DNA from: Candidatus Latescibacterota bacterium
Lineage (GTDB): Bacteria; Latescibacterota; UBA2968; UBA8231
DNA length: 64,000 nt
Direction: 5' to 3'
Assembly: GCA_965242865.1 (NCBI GenBank)
Contig: CBDETK010000013.1
Span: forward strand, 3,552,001-3,616,000
Positions within the stretch are counted from its first letter, which is position 1, and each line of letters opens with the position of its first letter. The position numbers and the translations under genes were made by a program. Under the pieces are notes generated by a model that did no database searches, had not been told where the DNA came from, and saw only the letters and a program-made list of their open reading frames with translations. Of the stretch, positions 28,290-37,517 are shown in pieces.

Positions 28290-29423
28290 CTACCAATTTG
28301 TATAGGAGCCATCATCGCGCCGATAGCCGGTGGGGGGGCCGTAGTCTTGGGTTGACGCGCTGGTGAGCGCGGCTTCGTTGAATTCAATGCCAAGGCCGGG
28401 GGCCTGAGGCGGCAAGAGGTAGCCCGCTTCAAACGGCACTTGCACCGGAAACTCATCCACTAGGGAAGACATGGGCGCCTGTGGAAGTTCCTGCACGCCG
28501 ACGAGGGAGGACGCCAAACACAGGTGCAGACAGGCGGCGGTGGAAACGGGACCGAGCGGGTTGTGGGGGGCCAGATGGATGTAATGGGTTTCGCACCACC
28601 CGGCAATTTTGCGGGCCTCAGTCAACCCACCGGCAATGCACAGATCAACGCGACAGTAGTCCATCAGGTCCTCCTCAATGACTTCGCGGAAGGTCCACTT
28701 GCTGTCAAATTGTTCGCCAACGGCCAGCGGGACGGAGGTCTGTTGGCGGAGCCGCCGGAGACTCGCCGGGTTTTCGCTCCGCAGCGGATCTTCAATGAAA
28801 AACGGATTGTAGGCGGCGACCCGGTTGCAGAAATCGAGGCTGTCCGCCGGATCGAGCCGGGTGTGTACATCCACTAGTATTTCGACGCGGTCGCCCAAGG
28901 CGTCGCGCACGGCCCGCACCTGCTCAACGCCGTGCTGAAGGGCGCGTCTGGGTTCAAACGTCCCGGTGTCGGCGTCATCGGCCAAGCCCCAGCGGACGAA
29001 TTTCCAACCGGCTGCCTGGGTTTTTCTACAGCTCTCGACGAGCGCGTCAATCCCGCCCCCGCCGTTGTGCGGATAGCAGACGACTTTGTCGCGCGTCCGT
29101 CCGCCCAACAGTTCGTACACCGGGACGTCGAGTGCTTTTCCCTTGATGTCCCAAAGTGCAATATCAACGGCACTCACGGCCGCGGCTTGGACGACGCCCC
29201 CGGGAAAGAAGGCCCCGCGGAACATCACTTGCCACAGGTGTTCCGTTTGGAACGGGTCTGCGCCGATGAGAAACGGCTCAAAAGAACGCACCACTTCGGC
29301 TAGGGCGAGGCCGCGCCGCCGCAAGCCCCCTTCGCCGAGGCCGTAGAGCCCAGCATCGGTTTCCACCTTGACAAAAAAATGGCCGCTCGCTGAGACAAAG
29401 GATTTGATCTGGGTGATTTTCAT
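28290..29423 (-). CDS. Mandelate racemase/galactonate dehydratase-like enolase-superfamily enzyme
   Basis: SAVDIALWDIKGK, DVH, IEDP, AVGE, APHNPLGP. Confidence 0.9.
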   Translation of the reverse strand: MKITQIKSFVSASGHFFVKVETDAGLYGLGEGGLRRRGLALAEVVRSFEPFLIGADPFQTEHLWQVMFRGAFFPGGVVQAAAVSAVDIALWDIKGKALDVPVYELLGGRTRDKVVCYPHNGGGGIDALVESCRKTQAAGWKFVRWGLADDADTGTFEPRRALQHGVEQVRAVRDALGDRVEILVDVHTRLDPADSLDFCNRVAAYNPFFIEDPLRSENPASLRRLRQQTSVPLAVGEQFDSKWTFREVIEEDLMDYCRVDLCIAGGLTEARKIAGWCETHYIHLAPHNPLGPVSTAACLHLCLASSLVGVQELPQAPMSSLVDEFPVQVPFEAGYLLPPQAPGLGIEFNEAALTSASTQDYGPPTGYRRDDGSYTNW

Positions 29424-29457
29424 AAGTCCTCCATTCGCGTTTTGGGGTTGCAACGGC

Positions 29458-30351
29458 TCACTCTACCGGCCCGTAGTGCGACCCCCATTGGCGGGCCAGC
29501 GCTCGTCCTTCGGCTAGCAGTGCCTGCTGTTGGCCAGCATCCAACGGCGCGTAACGCCGCACCCATTCGATGTTCTGCACCAGCTCCTCCTCGTTATAGA
29601 CGCCAATGACCGCTATCTGTACTCCCGGCAAGCCCAAGGCGTAGCGCAGTGCGCGCTCGTGATCGTCAAAGCCGCTGTCGGCCAGCTGGGAGGCGCACGG
29701 CGTTTTGTACTGCATGTCAATGGCCCCGCCGTACACCTTCATCGCAGCGACGCCGGCATGCTGGGCTTGGGCCAAGGGCAAGACCAGCTCCTCAAAGTTG
29801 TAAATGTGGCAGTCGGCGAAACTGAGGGCGAACATGCAGGCGTCGATCTCGACCTCGCGCAGGACCTTGGCGGATTTCCACGGTGCGTGATGGGCGGTAA
29901 TGCCGACATAGCGGGTCCAACCGCGACGCTGCGCCTCGCGCAAGCCGGCGAGCGCGCCGTCTTTGGCCAGCACTTGTTCTACGTCCAAGTGGCCCAGCGA
30001 GTGGACGTACATCAGGTCCAAGTGGTCGGTGCCCAAGGCGTCCAAGTTCTTGGCGACGATGTCGAGGGCCTCCTCGTAGTGAGCCGTGTGAGCCTTGCTG
30101 ACCAAGAACAACTCGCGTCGGCAATGGGGGACGATCTGGGCGAGTTGGTGCTGGGCGCGCTCGTAGCCCGGGGCCGTGTCGATGTACGTGACACCCAACT
30201 CAATGGCCCGTTCAAAAAGCGCGATGGCGTCCGCGTCGGCTAGGCCCATGCCGCCGGGGGCCGTGCCCAAGCCGAGCAAGGGAACGCGCTCGCCGGTCTT
30301 GCCAAAAGTGGCTTGCGGCAGGGGGGCGATGTCGATAGATGTGGTCGTCAT
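29458..30351 (-). CDS. Aldo/keto reductase
   Basis: LGLGT, IDTAPGY, LVSK, GITAH, AMKVYGG. Confidence 0.9.
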   Translation of the reverse strand: MTTTSIDIAPLPQATFGKTGERVPLLGLGTAPGGMGLADADAIALFERAIELGVTYIDTAPGYERAQHQLAQIVPHCRRELFLVSKAHTAHYEEALDIVAKNLDALGTDHLDLMYVHSLGHLDVEQVLAKDGALAGLREAQRRGWTRYVGITAHHAPWKSAKVLREVEIDACMFALSFADCHIYNFEELVLPLAQAQHAGVAAMKVYGGAIDMQYKTPCASQLADSGFDDHERALRYALGLPGVQIAVIGVYNEEELVQNIEWVRRYAPLDAGQQQALLAEGRALARQWGSHYGPVE

Positions 30352-30503
30352 GATGGCTACTCCCTCGCTTGGGTAGATGAGTACTTAAAAGCGAATCTAA
30401 CCAAACGACGCCCGAGGAACAGGGCGCGCTTTGCCCGCCAGCCGCCGTTTGGTAGGTTAGACCGACGAATTGCACCAATAAAATCAAACGCGAGGAGGAC
30501 GTT

Positions 30504-30866
30504 TTGGTCATTCGCAACTGGCGCGATGTAACGCCCGTCGTCGGGCACCACTCCAAACTGATCTGGTCCATTTTTCGCGCTCAGAGTGCCGAAGGGCTCG
30601 ACGAGCGCGAGGCCGTACTCGAGGGATTTTCCGGCCTGACGCTCCATCGTCTGCAAGGGGGGCTGGAGGGCGATTACCACGAGCACGAGGCCACTGAGCA
30701 GGTGTACTACTTCCTCAGCGGCCAAGGGCGGATGAGAATCGACGGGGAGCTGTACGAGGTGCGCGAAGGCGACGCGGTACACATTCCGCCGAAGGTCAAG
30801 CACCAGCTTTGCAACACAGGGGACGATTGGATCGAGCACTTGATCATCAGTGCCGAGGTCGCTTAG
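30504..30866 (+). CDS. Cupin-domain protein
   Basis: HEHEATEQVYYFLSGQG...GDAVHIPPKVKH; GAGGAGG RBS before TTG. Confidence 0.85.
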   Translation: MVIRNWRDVTPVVGHHSKLIWSIFRAQSAEGLDEREAVLEGFSGLTLHRLQGGLEGDYHEHEATEQVYYFLSGQGRMRIDGELYEVREGDAVHIPPKVKHQLCNTGDDWIEHLIISAEVA

Positions 30867-30888
30867 CCGTTGACGCGGAGGTTAGGCA

Positions 30889-31824
30889 TTGCTGGCAACT
30901 CCCCTGATTTTAGACGTCGATACGGGCGTTGACGACGCCCTCGCCCTGCTTTTGGCCCTGTCCTCGCCCGAGGTCGAGTTGGTCGGCGTCTCTACGGTCG
31001 CCGGCAATGTGCCGCTACAGCAGACGACCGACAACACCCTGCGCCTGTTGCAGTGGGCCGGGCGGGACGACGTGCGCGTGTACCCCGGGTCCGAGCACCC
31101 CTTAGAGCGGAGCGCGGTCACCGCGACTCACGTCCACGGCGTCACCGGGCTGGGCGCGGCCCAGCTCCCCGAGGCGCGTACCTCGCCAGCGGGCGACGGC
31201 GTGGAATTTCTGCTGAACACCTTGCAAGCACACCCCGGGGAAGTGTCCCTCGTCGCGACCGGGCCGTTGACCAACTTGGCGCGGGCCGAGGCGCGGGTGC
31301 CGGGCGCGCTACGGCAGGCACGTCAAGTGGTGATCATGGGCGGGGCCGGGCGCGGCCCGGGCAATGCCACGCCCACGGCCGAGTTCAATTTCTACGCCGA
31401 CCCGCATGCCGCACGCCAAGTCCTCGCGTCCGGGGCCGAGCTGGTGTTGGTGGGGCTGGACGTCACCGGGCAGGTCGAGCTCGCGCTGGCCGATTTGCAA
31501 GCTCGCCCCGGGGAGTGGGCGGCGTTTTGCCGGGCAGCGTGTGAGCCGGTGATGACCTTTGAGGCCGAGCGCTGCGGGTTTGCTGGCATGCGCTTGCACG
31601 ATCCCGTGGCCTTGGGCGCGGCCCTGTGGCCACAGCTTTTTCGCACGCAGCCATTGTGGGTAGATGTGGAGACCAGCGGAGAACTAACCGCCGGGCAGTT
31701 GGTGGTTGACCAGCGCACCTTGGCGAGCGACCAACAGCGGCAGGGGCGGCCCGTAGCGTGTGCAATGGATGTGGATCGAGCGCGCTTTCTCGAGCTATTC
31801 ACCGCACGGGTATTGACGCCCTAG
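30889..31824 (+). CDS. Inosine/uridine-preferring nucleoside hydrolase
   Basis: DVDTGVDDA, TGPLTN, AEFNFYADP, LHDP. Confidence 0.93.
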   Translation: MLATPLILDVDTGVDDALALLLALSSPEVELVGVSTVAGNVPLQQTTDNTLRLLQWAGRDDVRVYPGSEHPLERSAVTATHVHGVTGLGAAQLPEARTSPAGDGVEFLLNTLQAHPGEVSLVATGPLTNLARAEARVPGALRQARQVVIMGGAGRGPGNATPTAEFNFYADPHAARQVLASGAELVLVGLDVTGQVELALADLQARPGEWAAFCRAACEPVMTFEAERCGFAGMRLHDPVALGAALWPQLFRTQPLWVDVETSGELTAGQLVVDQRTLASDQQRQGRPVACAMDVDRARFLELFTARVLTP

Positions 31825-31943
31825 GTTGGGACGAACTAGGCGATTTAGACTGCAAGCAAAAAGTAGATTTTTCATTGACGCGGCTCTATCTCGTCCTGTA
31901 TGTTCACAGTACCTTCCGACCCCAAACGAAAGGAGAACGACGT

Positions 31944-32240
31944 ATGGCTACCATACCTCTAACTATTGAAGAGCGTCTAGCAAGGCTCGAAGGCGTGTAC
32001 GATCACCTCGCTTCCAAAGCAGACCTTGCTGAGTTGAGAGCGATCCTAAAGGACGATATTGCGCGAATTGAGAGCGAGTTCAAAGATGACATTGCGCGTG
32101 TCGAGAGCAATGTCAAGAATGATATTGCGCGATTACAGGCCGAGATTGCCGAACTCAAGGGCAGTATCAAGGTGCTGCTCGTAGTGATGACTTCCGGTTT
32201 AGCTCTACTCAATATCGTTTTGCGGTTCTGGCCCACCTAA
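31944..32240 (+). CDS. Small coiled-coil, C-terminally anchored protein (DUF1640/CCDC90-like)
   Basis: LASKADL followed by KDDIARxESxx 11-mer repeats and a C-terminal TM; AAGGAG RBS. Confidence 0.7.
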   Translation: MATIPLTIEERLARLEGVYDHLASKADLAELRAILKDDIARIESEFKDDIARVESNVKNDIARLQAEIAELKGSIKVLLVVMTSGLALLNIVLRFWPT

Positions 32241-32264
32241 CGGAAGCGGGACGCTAGGCATGAG

Positions 32265-32302
32265 AAGGCCCCACCGAGCGCAGCTTATCGGTGGGGCTTT
32301 TT
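32265..32302 (+). terminator. Intrinsic terminator
   Basis: aaggccccaccga-loop-tcggtggggc followed by ttttt. Confidence 0.75.
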
Positions 32303-32364
32303 ATGACGCGGCCGCCGGTTGAGCAGTTCGCGCTGACGGCATCCACACTCCTGCCGCTCACCTG

Positions 32365-33516
32365 TTAGACCGCGTCTTGACGCCCCCAAAAAAGGGGCAG
32401 CGGACACCACTGTTCGAGGGGAGCCGCGGCCGCAGGCAAGGGCATCACGAGCGTCGGTGGCAGGGAGCCGCAGAGCAGGCGCATGGCGGTGAAGGCGTCG
32501 AGCTGCAGCGCGGGCGCGGCGTCGGTGCGCACGCACTGGGCGGCACCGCCTCGCACCGCCAGCTCGACCCGGCCGTATCCCGCAATCTCTACGACGACTG
32601 CGCCGTCCAGCAGGGGCGCCAGCGCGGCGCGCGTCTTGAGCAAGGCGTTGAGCGTCGTCTCCCAATCAAAAATCTGCCAGTTGCCCGAACACGATGCGCT
32701 CGCGCCTTCGCAGAGCTGGGCCAGCTTGGGCAAGAGGCGACTCCAAGGCGGCAGCTCAAAGCAGGTACTCCCGTGCTGCTGCACCCAAGCAGCGGCCAGA
32801 GCCAATTCGGGCTCGCCCTCGTGGACCGCCAACAGTTCGGTGACGCACGTCCGGTCGGCTTGGGCCACGAGATAGCCGATCATGCGGCCGTCGCGCGACT
32901 GGGCCACGTAGGGCCGGTGCCCCCAACTCAGGAGCAGGTCGTAGAAGCGGGGCGGGGCGCGCACTCCGCGAAACGGCTGGCCGTCGTGGAGGCCAATCGC
33001 CCCTTGCAGGTGCGTGCGGTCCGCGCGCCTGAGTGGGCGAAAGTCAATGCCGCGGTCGGCCGCCCCCAAGGCGTGGCGCACATTCGCCGGGTCCAGCGTG
33101 AGCCGATAATAAACGCCGCATCTTTCGTAGCCGAAGTAGCCGTAGCGCTGGCGCTGGCCCCCCAGCCAAGACAGGTGAAAACCCTCGGCGCGGGCCGCTT
33201 GGACGCAATGGACCATGAGCTTTTGCATGTAGCCGCGGCCGCGCGCATGCGGATGGCAGGAAACGCCGCCAATGCCAGCCACGCGCAACGTGACGCCGCC
33301 CCAGCGGCAGGCGAGGGGGAACAGCCCGACGATGGTGCGGATGCGACCGCCTTCGCACAAGGCAAAGTTCCAGCGCATCTCCTCTTCCCCGCGTCGGTAC
33401 AGGGCCGGCAAAATGGTCTCAAAGTCCCGGGGCGGTGCTTTGCCAAAGGCGAGGTTGAGGACGTCGAGGGCTTCCTCAAAGTCTGCGGCGCCCAGCTGGC
33501 GGATGGCGATCGTCAC
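32365..33516 (-). CDS. Eis-like GNAT acetyltransferase
   Basis: GIGGVSCHPHARGRGYM, RYGYFGYE; GTG start overlaps the msrA stop (GTGA). Confidence 0.85.
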   Translation of the reverse strand: MTIAIRQLGAADFEEALDVLNLAFGKAPPRDFETILPALYRRGEEEMRWNFALCEGGRIRTIVGLFPLACRWGGVTLRVAGIGGVSCHPHARGRGYMQKLMVHCVQAARAEGFHLSWLGGQRQRYGYFGYERCGVYYRLTLDPANVRHALGAADRGIDFRPLRRADRTHLQGAIGLHDGQPFRGVRAPPRFYDLLLSWGHRPYVAQSRDGRMIGYLVAQADRTCVTELLAVHEGEPELALAAAWVQQHGSTCFELPPWSRLLPKLAQLCEGASASCSGNWQIFDWETTLNALLKTRAALAPLLDGAVVVEIAGYGRVELAVRGGAAQCVRTDAAPALQLDAFTAMRLLCGSLPPTLVMPLPAAAAPLEQWCPLPLFWGRQDAV

Positions 33517-34052
33517 GTCGGCTGGAGTTGCTCGGCAAACTGCCGGCGGAACGCCCGCATCTTGGGATCGATAACCACCGCGCAATAGGGCTGGTTGGGG
33601 TTGCGCCGATAGTAGTTTTGATGGTACGACTCGGCCGGCCAAAAGGGGCGGGCGGGCGCGATCTCGGTCACAATCGGATCGGCCCAAAGGTCGCTCTCGT
33701 CCGCAGCGGCTTTGGAGGCTGTAGCCTGCGCGTGTTGCTCGGGGCTGTGATAGAAAATCACCGAGCGGTACTGGGTGCCGCAGTCCGCGCCTTGGCGGTT
33801 GAGCGTGGTGGGGTCGTGGGTGCGCCAGAATACGTAAAGCAAGTCGGCAAAGCGAATGACCTCCGGGTCGAATTGCAGTTGGACGACCTCGGCGTGGTCG
33901 GTCTGGCCGCTGCAAACGGCTTCGTAGGTGGGATGCTCCAACGCGCCGCCCATATAGCCGGAGACCGCGCTTTCGACTCCTCGCAGGTCTTGGTATATGG
34001 CTTCGACGCACCAGAAACAACCCGCGCCCAAGGTGGCAGTTTCCCAATTCAT
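33513..34052 (-). CDS. msrA: Peptide-methionine (S)-S-oxide reductase
   Basis: GCFWC, HDPTTLNRQG, QYRS, AESYHQNYY. Confidence 0.95.
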   Translation of the reverse strand: MNWETATLGAGCFWCVEAIYQDLRGVESAVSGYMGGALEHPTYEAVCSGQTDHAEVVQLQFDPEVIRFADLLYVFWRTHDPTTLNRQGADCGTQYRSVIFYHSPEQHAQATASKAAADESDLWADPIVTEIAPARPFWPAESYHQNYYRRNPNQPYCAVVIDPKMRAFRRQFAEQLQPT

Positions 34053-34163
34053 CTGGCGTCCTCCATCCACCCTGTAAGGTAGGAATCCCGGCGGCCTCCG
34101 GCAACGCGCCCGCTTGACCGGCGCGGGCAGTCGCTTACCTTGAAGCGCAGAAAGGAGACTAAC

Positions 34164-35087
34164 ATGTTGTGCAGAGCATTTGGCCGGACGGGCTGGCAGG
34201 TCTCGGCCATCGGTTTGGGAACTTGGAACATCGGCAACCAATGGGGCGCCGTTGACGAAGCCACCGCTTGGAGCACCGTGCGCACGGCCTTTGACTGCGG
34301 CGTCAATCTCTTCGACGCGGCCGAGTCCTACGGCACGCCCAACGGGCTGTCTGAGGAGCGGTTGGGGCGCGCCTTGGCCGGCATCCGGCACCAAGTTCTC
34401 GTAGTCAGCAAAATCGGCAATTGGGGCGCTCGCACCGGGCAGGGCGTACCCAAAACCACGGTCGACATGATCCGCCTGTGTGCCCACGCCTCCCTGCACC
34501 GGCTGCGCACGGACTGGCACGACGTGCTGTTGTGTCACGAAGGCCACATCGCCGACCCGTCGATCTACTTGGACGCCTTTGCCGCGCTGGTCGAGGAAGG
34601 GCGGTTGCGGGCCTTCGGCATCTCGACCGACAGCCTAGCCGTGCTCCAGCGCTTCAACGCGCACGGCGACTGCTCGGTGGTGGAGGTGGATTACTCGTTG
34701 ATCAACCGCCAGCCCGAAGCCGAGTTTTTGCCCTATTGCCAAGAGCAGGGCATTGCCGTGCTGGTGAGGGGGCCGCTGGCCAAGGGGCTTTTGTCTGGGC
34801 ACTACACCAAGGAGTCGGTTTTTACCGACGAAGTGCGGCAACCCTTCAACGCGGGCGCGGCGCAACGCCCCGAATTCGAGGCCAATTTGGCGCAAGTCGA
34901 GCGTCTGGCCGAGGTCGTCGCGCCCGGAGCGGCCATGGTCGAGAAGGCCCTCCAGTACGTCATTTCCCATCCGGCCGCGCCCGTGGCCATCCCCGGCGCC
35001 AAGTCGGCCGCCCAAGCCCGCGCCAACGCCGCGGCTGGCACCCAGCTGTTGCCCGCCGACGAGTTGGAGCGGCTGCGAGGCGATTGA
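34164..35087 (+). CDS. Aldo/keto reductase
   Basis: IGLGTW, FDAAESYG, VSK, PLAKGLLSG, IPGAKS. Confidence 0.9.
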   Translation: MLCRAFGRTGWQVSAIGLGTWNIGNQWGAVDEATAWSTVRTAFDCGVNLFDAAESYGTPNGLSEERLGRALAGIRHQVLVVSKIGNWGARTGQGVPKTTVDMIRLCAHASLHRLRTDWHDVLLCHEGHIADPSIYLDAFAALVEEGRLRAFGISTDSLAVLQRFNAHGDCSVVEVDYSLINRQPEAEFLPYCQEQGIAVLVRGPLAKGLLSGHYTKESVFTDEVRQPFNAGAAQRPEFEANLAQVERLAEVVAPGAAMVEKALQYVISHPAAPVAIPGAKSAAQARANAAAGTQLLPADELERLRGD

Positions 35088-35112
35088 TCCCTAAATGAAA
35101 GAGGAGAGTCCC

Positions 35113-35973
35113 ATGACCTTAGTAGGCAGCGGAGCATTCACTTATGCAGTGCAGCAGGATTGGTTTGAGTTGCCGGAGGGCTGGTGCTTTGGCTGGGTTC
35201 CGGCCGTGGCCTGCGACTCCGAGGATCGGGTCTATGTGTACAGCCGCAGCGAGCATCCCATGGTCGTCTTCGACCGCGACGGGCACTTTGTCGCCTCCTG
35301 GGGCGACGAGGTGCTAAAGGACGCCCACGGCATCTTTATCGACGACCGCGACCAAGTCTGGTGCGTCGAGCGCGAAACCCACTGCGTGCGCCAGTTCACC
35401 CGCGATGGCGAGCTGCTGATGACCTTGGGGACGCCCGGCCAAGAAGGCGCCGACGGCCAGCCCTTCCGGCTGCCGACCGACTTGGCGCTCGATGCCGACG
35501 GCTGCATCTACGTATCCGACGGCTACGGCAACGCCTGCATCCACAAGTATTCACCCGCCGGCGACTGGATCAAGACCTGGGGCCGCCCGGGCACCGGCCC
35601 GGGGGAGTTCGATTTGCCCCACTGCGTGCGCGTAGATAGGCGCGGGCGGCTGATGGTGGCCGACCGCGCCAACAATCGCATCCAGTTCTTCGACCTCGAC
35701 GGCAACTACCTAGCCGAGTGGGGCGGTTTTCACCACCCCGATACGATCTTCCTCAACGGGGACACAGTCTATGTCGCCGAGCTCGACCAACGGGTGAGCA
35801 TCCTCAATCTCGACGGCGACTGGCTCGCCCAGTGGGGCTCGGGCGAGCGCAACGACCGCCCTGGGGAATTCCTCGGCTGCCCCCACGGGATATGGATGGA
35901 CTCCCGCGGCGACCTCTACGTCGGCGAAGTGCAGGCCGACCACCGCATCCAGAAGTTCGTGCGGCAGCCCTAG
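35113..35973 (+). CDS. NHL-repeat protein (peptidyl-alpha-hydroxyglycine lyase-like)
   Basis: PTD, VSDGYGN, FDLPH, VADRANNRIQ, PHGI. Confidence 0.85.
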   Translation: MTLVGSGAFTYAVQQDWFELPEGWCFGWVPAVACDSEDRVYVYSRSEHPMVVFDRDGHFVASWGDEVLKDAHGIFIDDRDQVWCVERETHCVRQFTRDGELLMTLGTPGQEGADGQPFRLPTDLALDADGCIYVSDGYGNACIHKYSPAGDWIKTWGRPGTGPGEFDLPHCVRVDRRGRLMVADRANNRIQFFDLDGNYLAEWGGFHHPDTIFLNGDTVYVAELDQRVSILNLDGDWLAQWGSGERNDRPGEFLGCPHGIWMDSRGDLYVGEVQADHRIQKFVRQP

Positions 35974-36042
35974 CAGCGGTTGAGCCGCCGAGCTTCCACA
36001 CTTTACTTTGATTGCTTTCTGATATTCCCGACGCGTCTAGTG

Positions 36043-36063
36043 TCGAGGACGGGACGCCCTCGA
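36043..36063. repeat. REP-like palindrome, family B (GAGGGCGGGACGCCCTCGA)
   Basis: tcgaggacgggacgccctcga; same family at 60421-60476 and 63316-63350. Confidence 0.55.
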
Positions 36064-36115
36064 TACTTGGAAGGCGGGTCGCCGGGGTCGTATAGAAGGG
36101 GGAACAGACTAATCA

Positions 36116-37516
36116 CTATCCTCGATCTACGAACTGTTTACCGTCTATCTCGTATTGCTTGAGCTTCCGCTGTAGATTTCTGCGGGTCAATTGTATCGCC
36201 GTCGCGGTCTGGCTTACGTTGCCGTTGCCCCTTTCTAAGGCGCGGCGGATAAAGATCCGCTCAAACTGCTCGCGCGCCTCGTGGAAGTGCTGCTGCGGAA
36301 TATCGTAGTGCGAATCCTCGTCGCCATAGAGCTGTGCCGCGTCACCGGCCAAGGATGGGGGCAGATATTCGAGTTTGATCGCGTCGCCTTTGGCCACGGT
36401 CATCGCCCGCATGATCGCGTTTTCCAATTCGCGCACATTGCCGGGCCAGTTGTGTTCCTCCAAACGCTGCATGGCCTCGCTGGTAAACCCCTCAATGCGC
36501 TTGCCCAGCACTCCGTTGTAGCGGTTGACGAAGAAGGCGCACAAGAGCGGCAGGTCGCTCGTGCGATCCCGCAGCGGCGGGATTTCAATGGTCAGCGCGT
36601 TGATGCGGAAGTAGAGATCTTCGCGGAAAAGGCCCTCCGCAATGCGGGCTTCGAGGTTTTGGTGGGTGGCGGTGATCAGGCGCACATCCACTTGCCGGGT
36701 CTGTGTCGATCCCACCGGCTCAAACTCCCCTTCTTGGAGCACGCGCAAGAGCCGAATCTGCATATTGGTTTCGAGGTCGCCGATCTCGTCGAGGAGCAAG
36801 GTGCCGCCGTCGGCCTCGGCAAAACGACCGGCGCGGCCGCGGACCGCTCCGGTAAAGGCTCCCTTGACGTGGCCGAAAAGTTCGCTCTCCAGCACGCCCG
36901 GCGACAAGGCGGCGCAGTTGCAGCGCACAAAAGGCTTGTCCGCCCGGTCGCTGGTGCTGTGGATGGCGTTGGCAACCAGCTCCTTGCCGGTCCCGCTCTC
37001 GCCCCGGAGCAGGACAGTGACCGGCGTGGGTGCCACGTCCCGGATGAGCTGGTAGAGCTGTCTCATGCTCTCGCTCCGGCCCACTAAATTGCCGAACTCG
37101 CCCCGTTGCCCCTGCCGCAGGGCCTCGTTTTCGCGGCGCAGCACCTGCAACTCCAAGATGCGATCGAGATGCGCCAGCACTTCCCCGATGTCAAAGGGCT
37201 TGGACAGATAGCCGTAGGCCCCGAGCTTGACGGCTTTTACCGCGCTTTCCACGTCGGCATAGGCCGTCAAGATGACGACCTCTTCGCGGCGTTGCTGCTT
37301 TTTGAAGATCTCCAAGAAGCCGAGCCCATCCATGCCCGGCATCCTCAAATCGAGGAGGATGAGATCGAATTCCTCGTTGTTCAGTAGCGTTAGGGCCGCC
37401 TTTCCACTGACGCAGGTAGCAACCTCCAAGCCCTCGCGGCGCAACAGAATGGCCGATAAATCCAGCAAGTCCCGCTCGTCGTCTATCATGAGTATCCTGC
37501 CCTTGCGTTTGCCCAT
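36116..37516 (-). CDS. NtrC/AtoC-family sigma-54-dependent response regulator
   Basis: REC (DD, DLRMP, KP), GESGTGKE, ESELFGH, GAFTGA, WPGNVREL, Fis-type HTH. Confidence 0.95.
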   Translation of the reverse strand: MGKRKGRILMIDDERDLLDLSAILLRREGLEVATCVSGKAALTLLNNEEFDLILLDLRMPGMDGLGFLEIFKKQQRREEVVILTAYADVESAVKAVKLGAYGYLSKPFDIGEVLAHLDRILELQVLRRENEALRQGQRGEFGNLVGRSESMRQLYQLIRDVAPTPVTVLLRGESGTGKELVANAIHSTSDRADKPFVRCNCAALSPGVLESELFGHVKGAFTGAVRGRAGRFAEADGGTLLLDEIGDLETNMQIRLLRVLQEGEFEPVGSTQTRQVDVRLITATHQNLEARIAEGLFREDLYFRINALTIEIPPLRDRTSDLPLLCAFFVNRYNGVLGKRIEGFTSEAMQRLEEHNWPGNVRELENAIMRAMTVAKGDAIKLEYLPPSLAGDAAQLYGDEDSHYDIPQQHFHEAREQFERIFIRRALERGNGNVSQTATAIQLTRRNLQRKLKQYEIDGKQFVDRG

Positions 37517-37517
37517 G

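Noticed and set aside
32377-33588. Long antisense/alternative-frame ORFs (also 36281-37087, 38548-39633, 19741-20673, 25627-26652)
   Set aside because: Shadows of real genes in GC-rich DNA with no recognisable motifs
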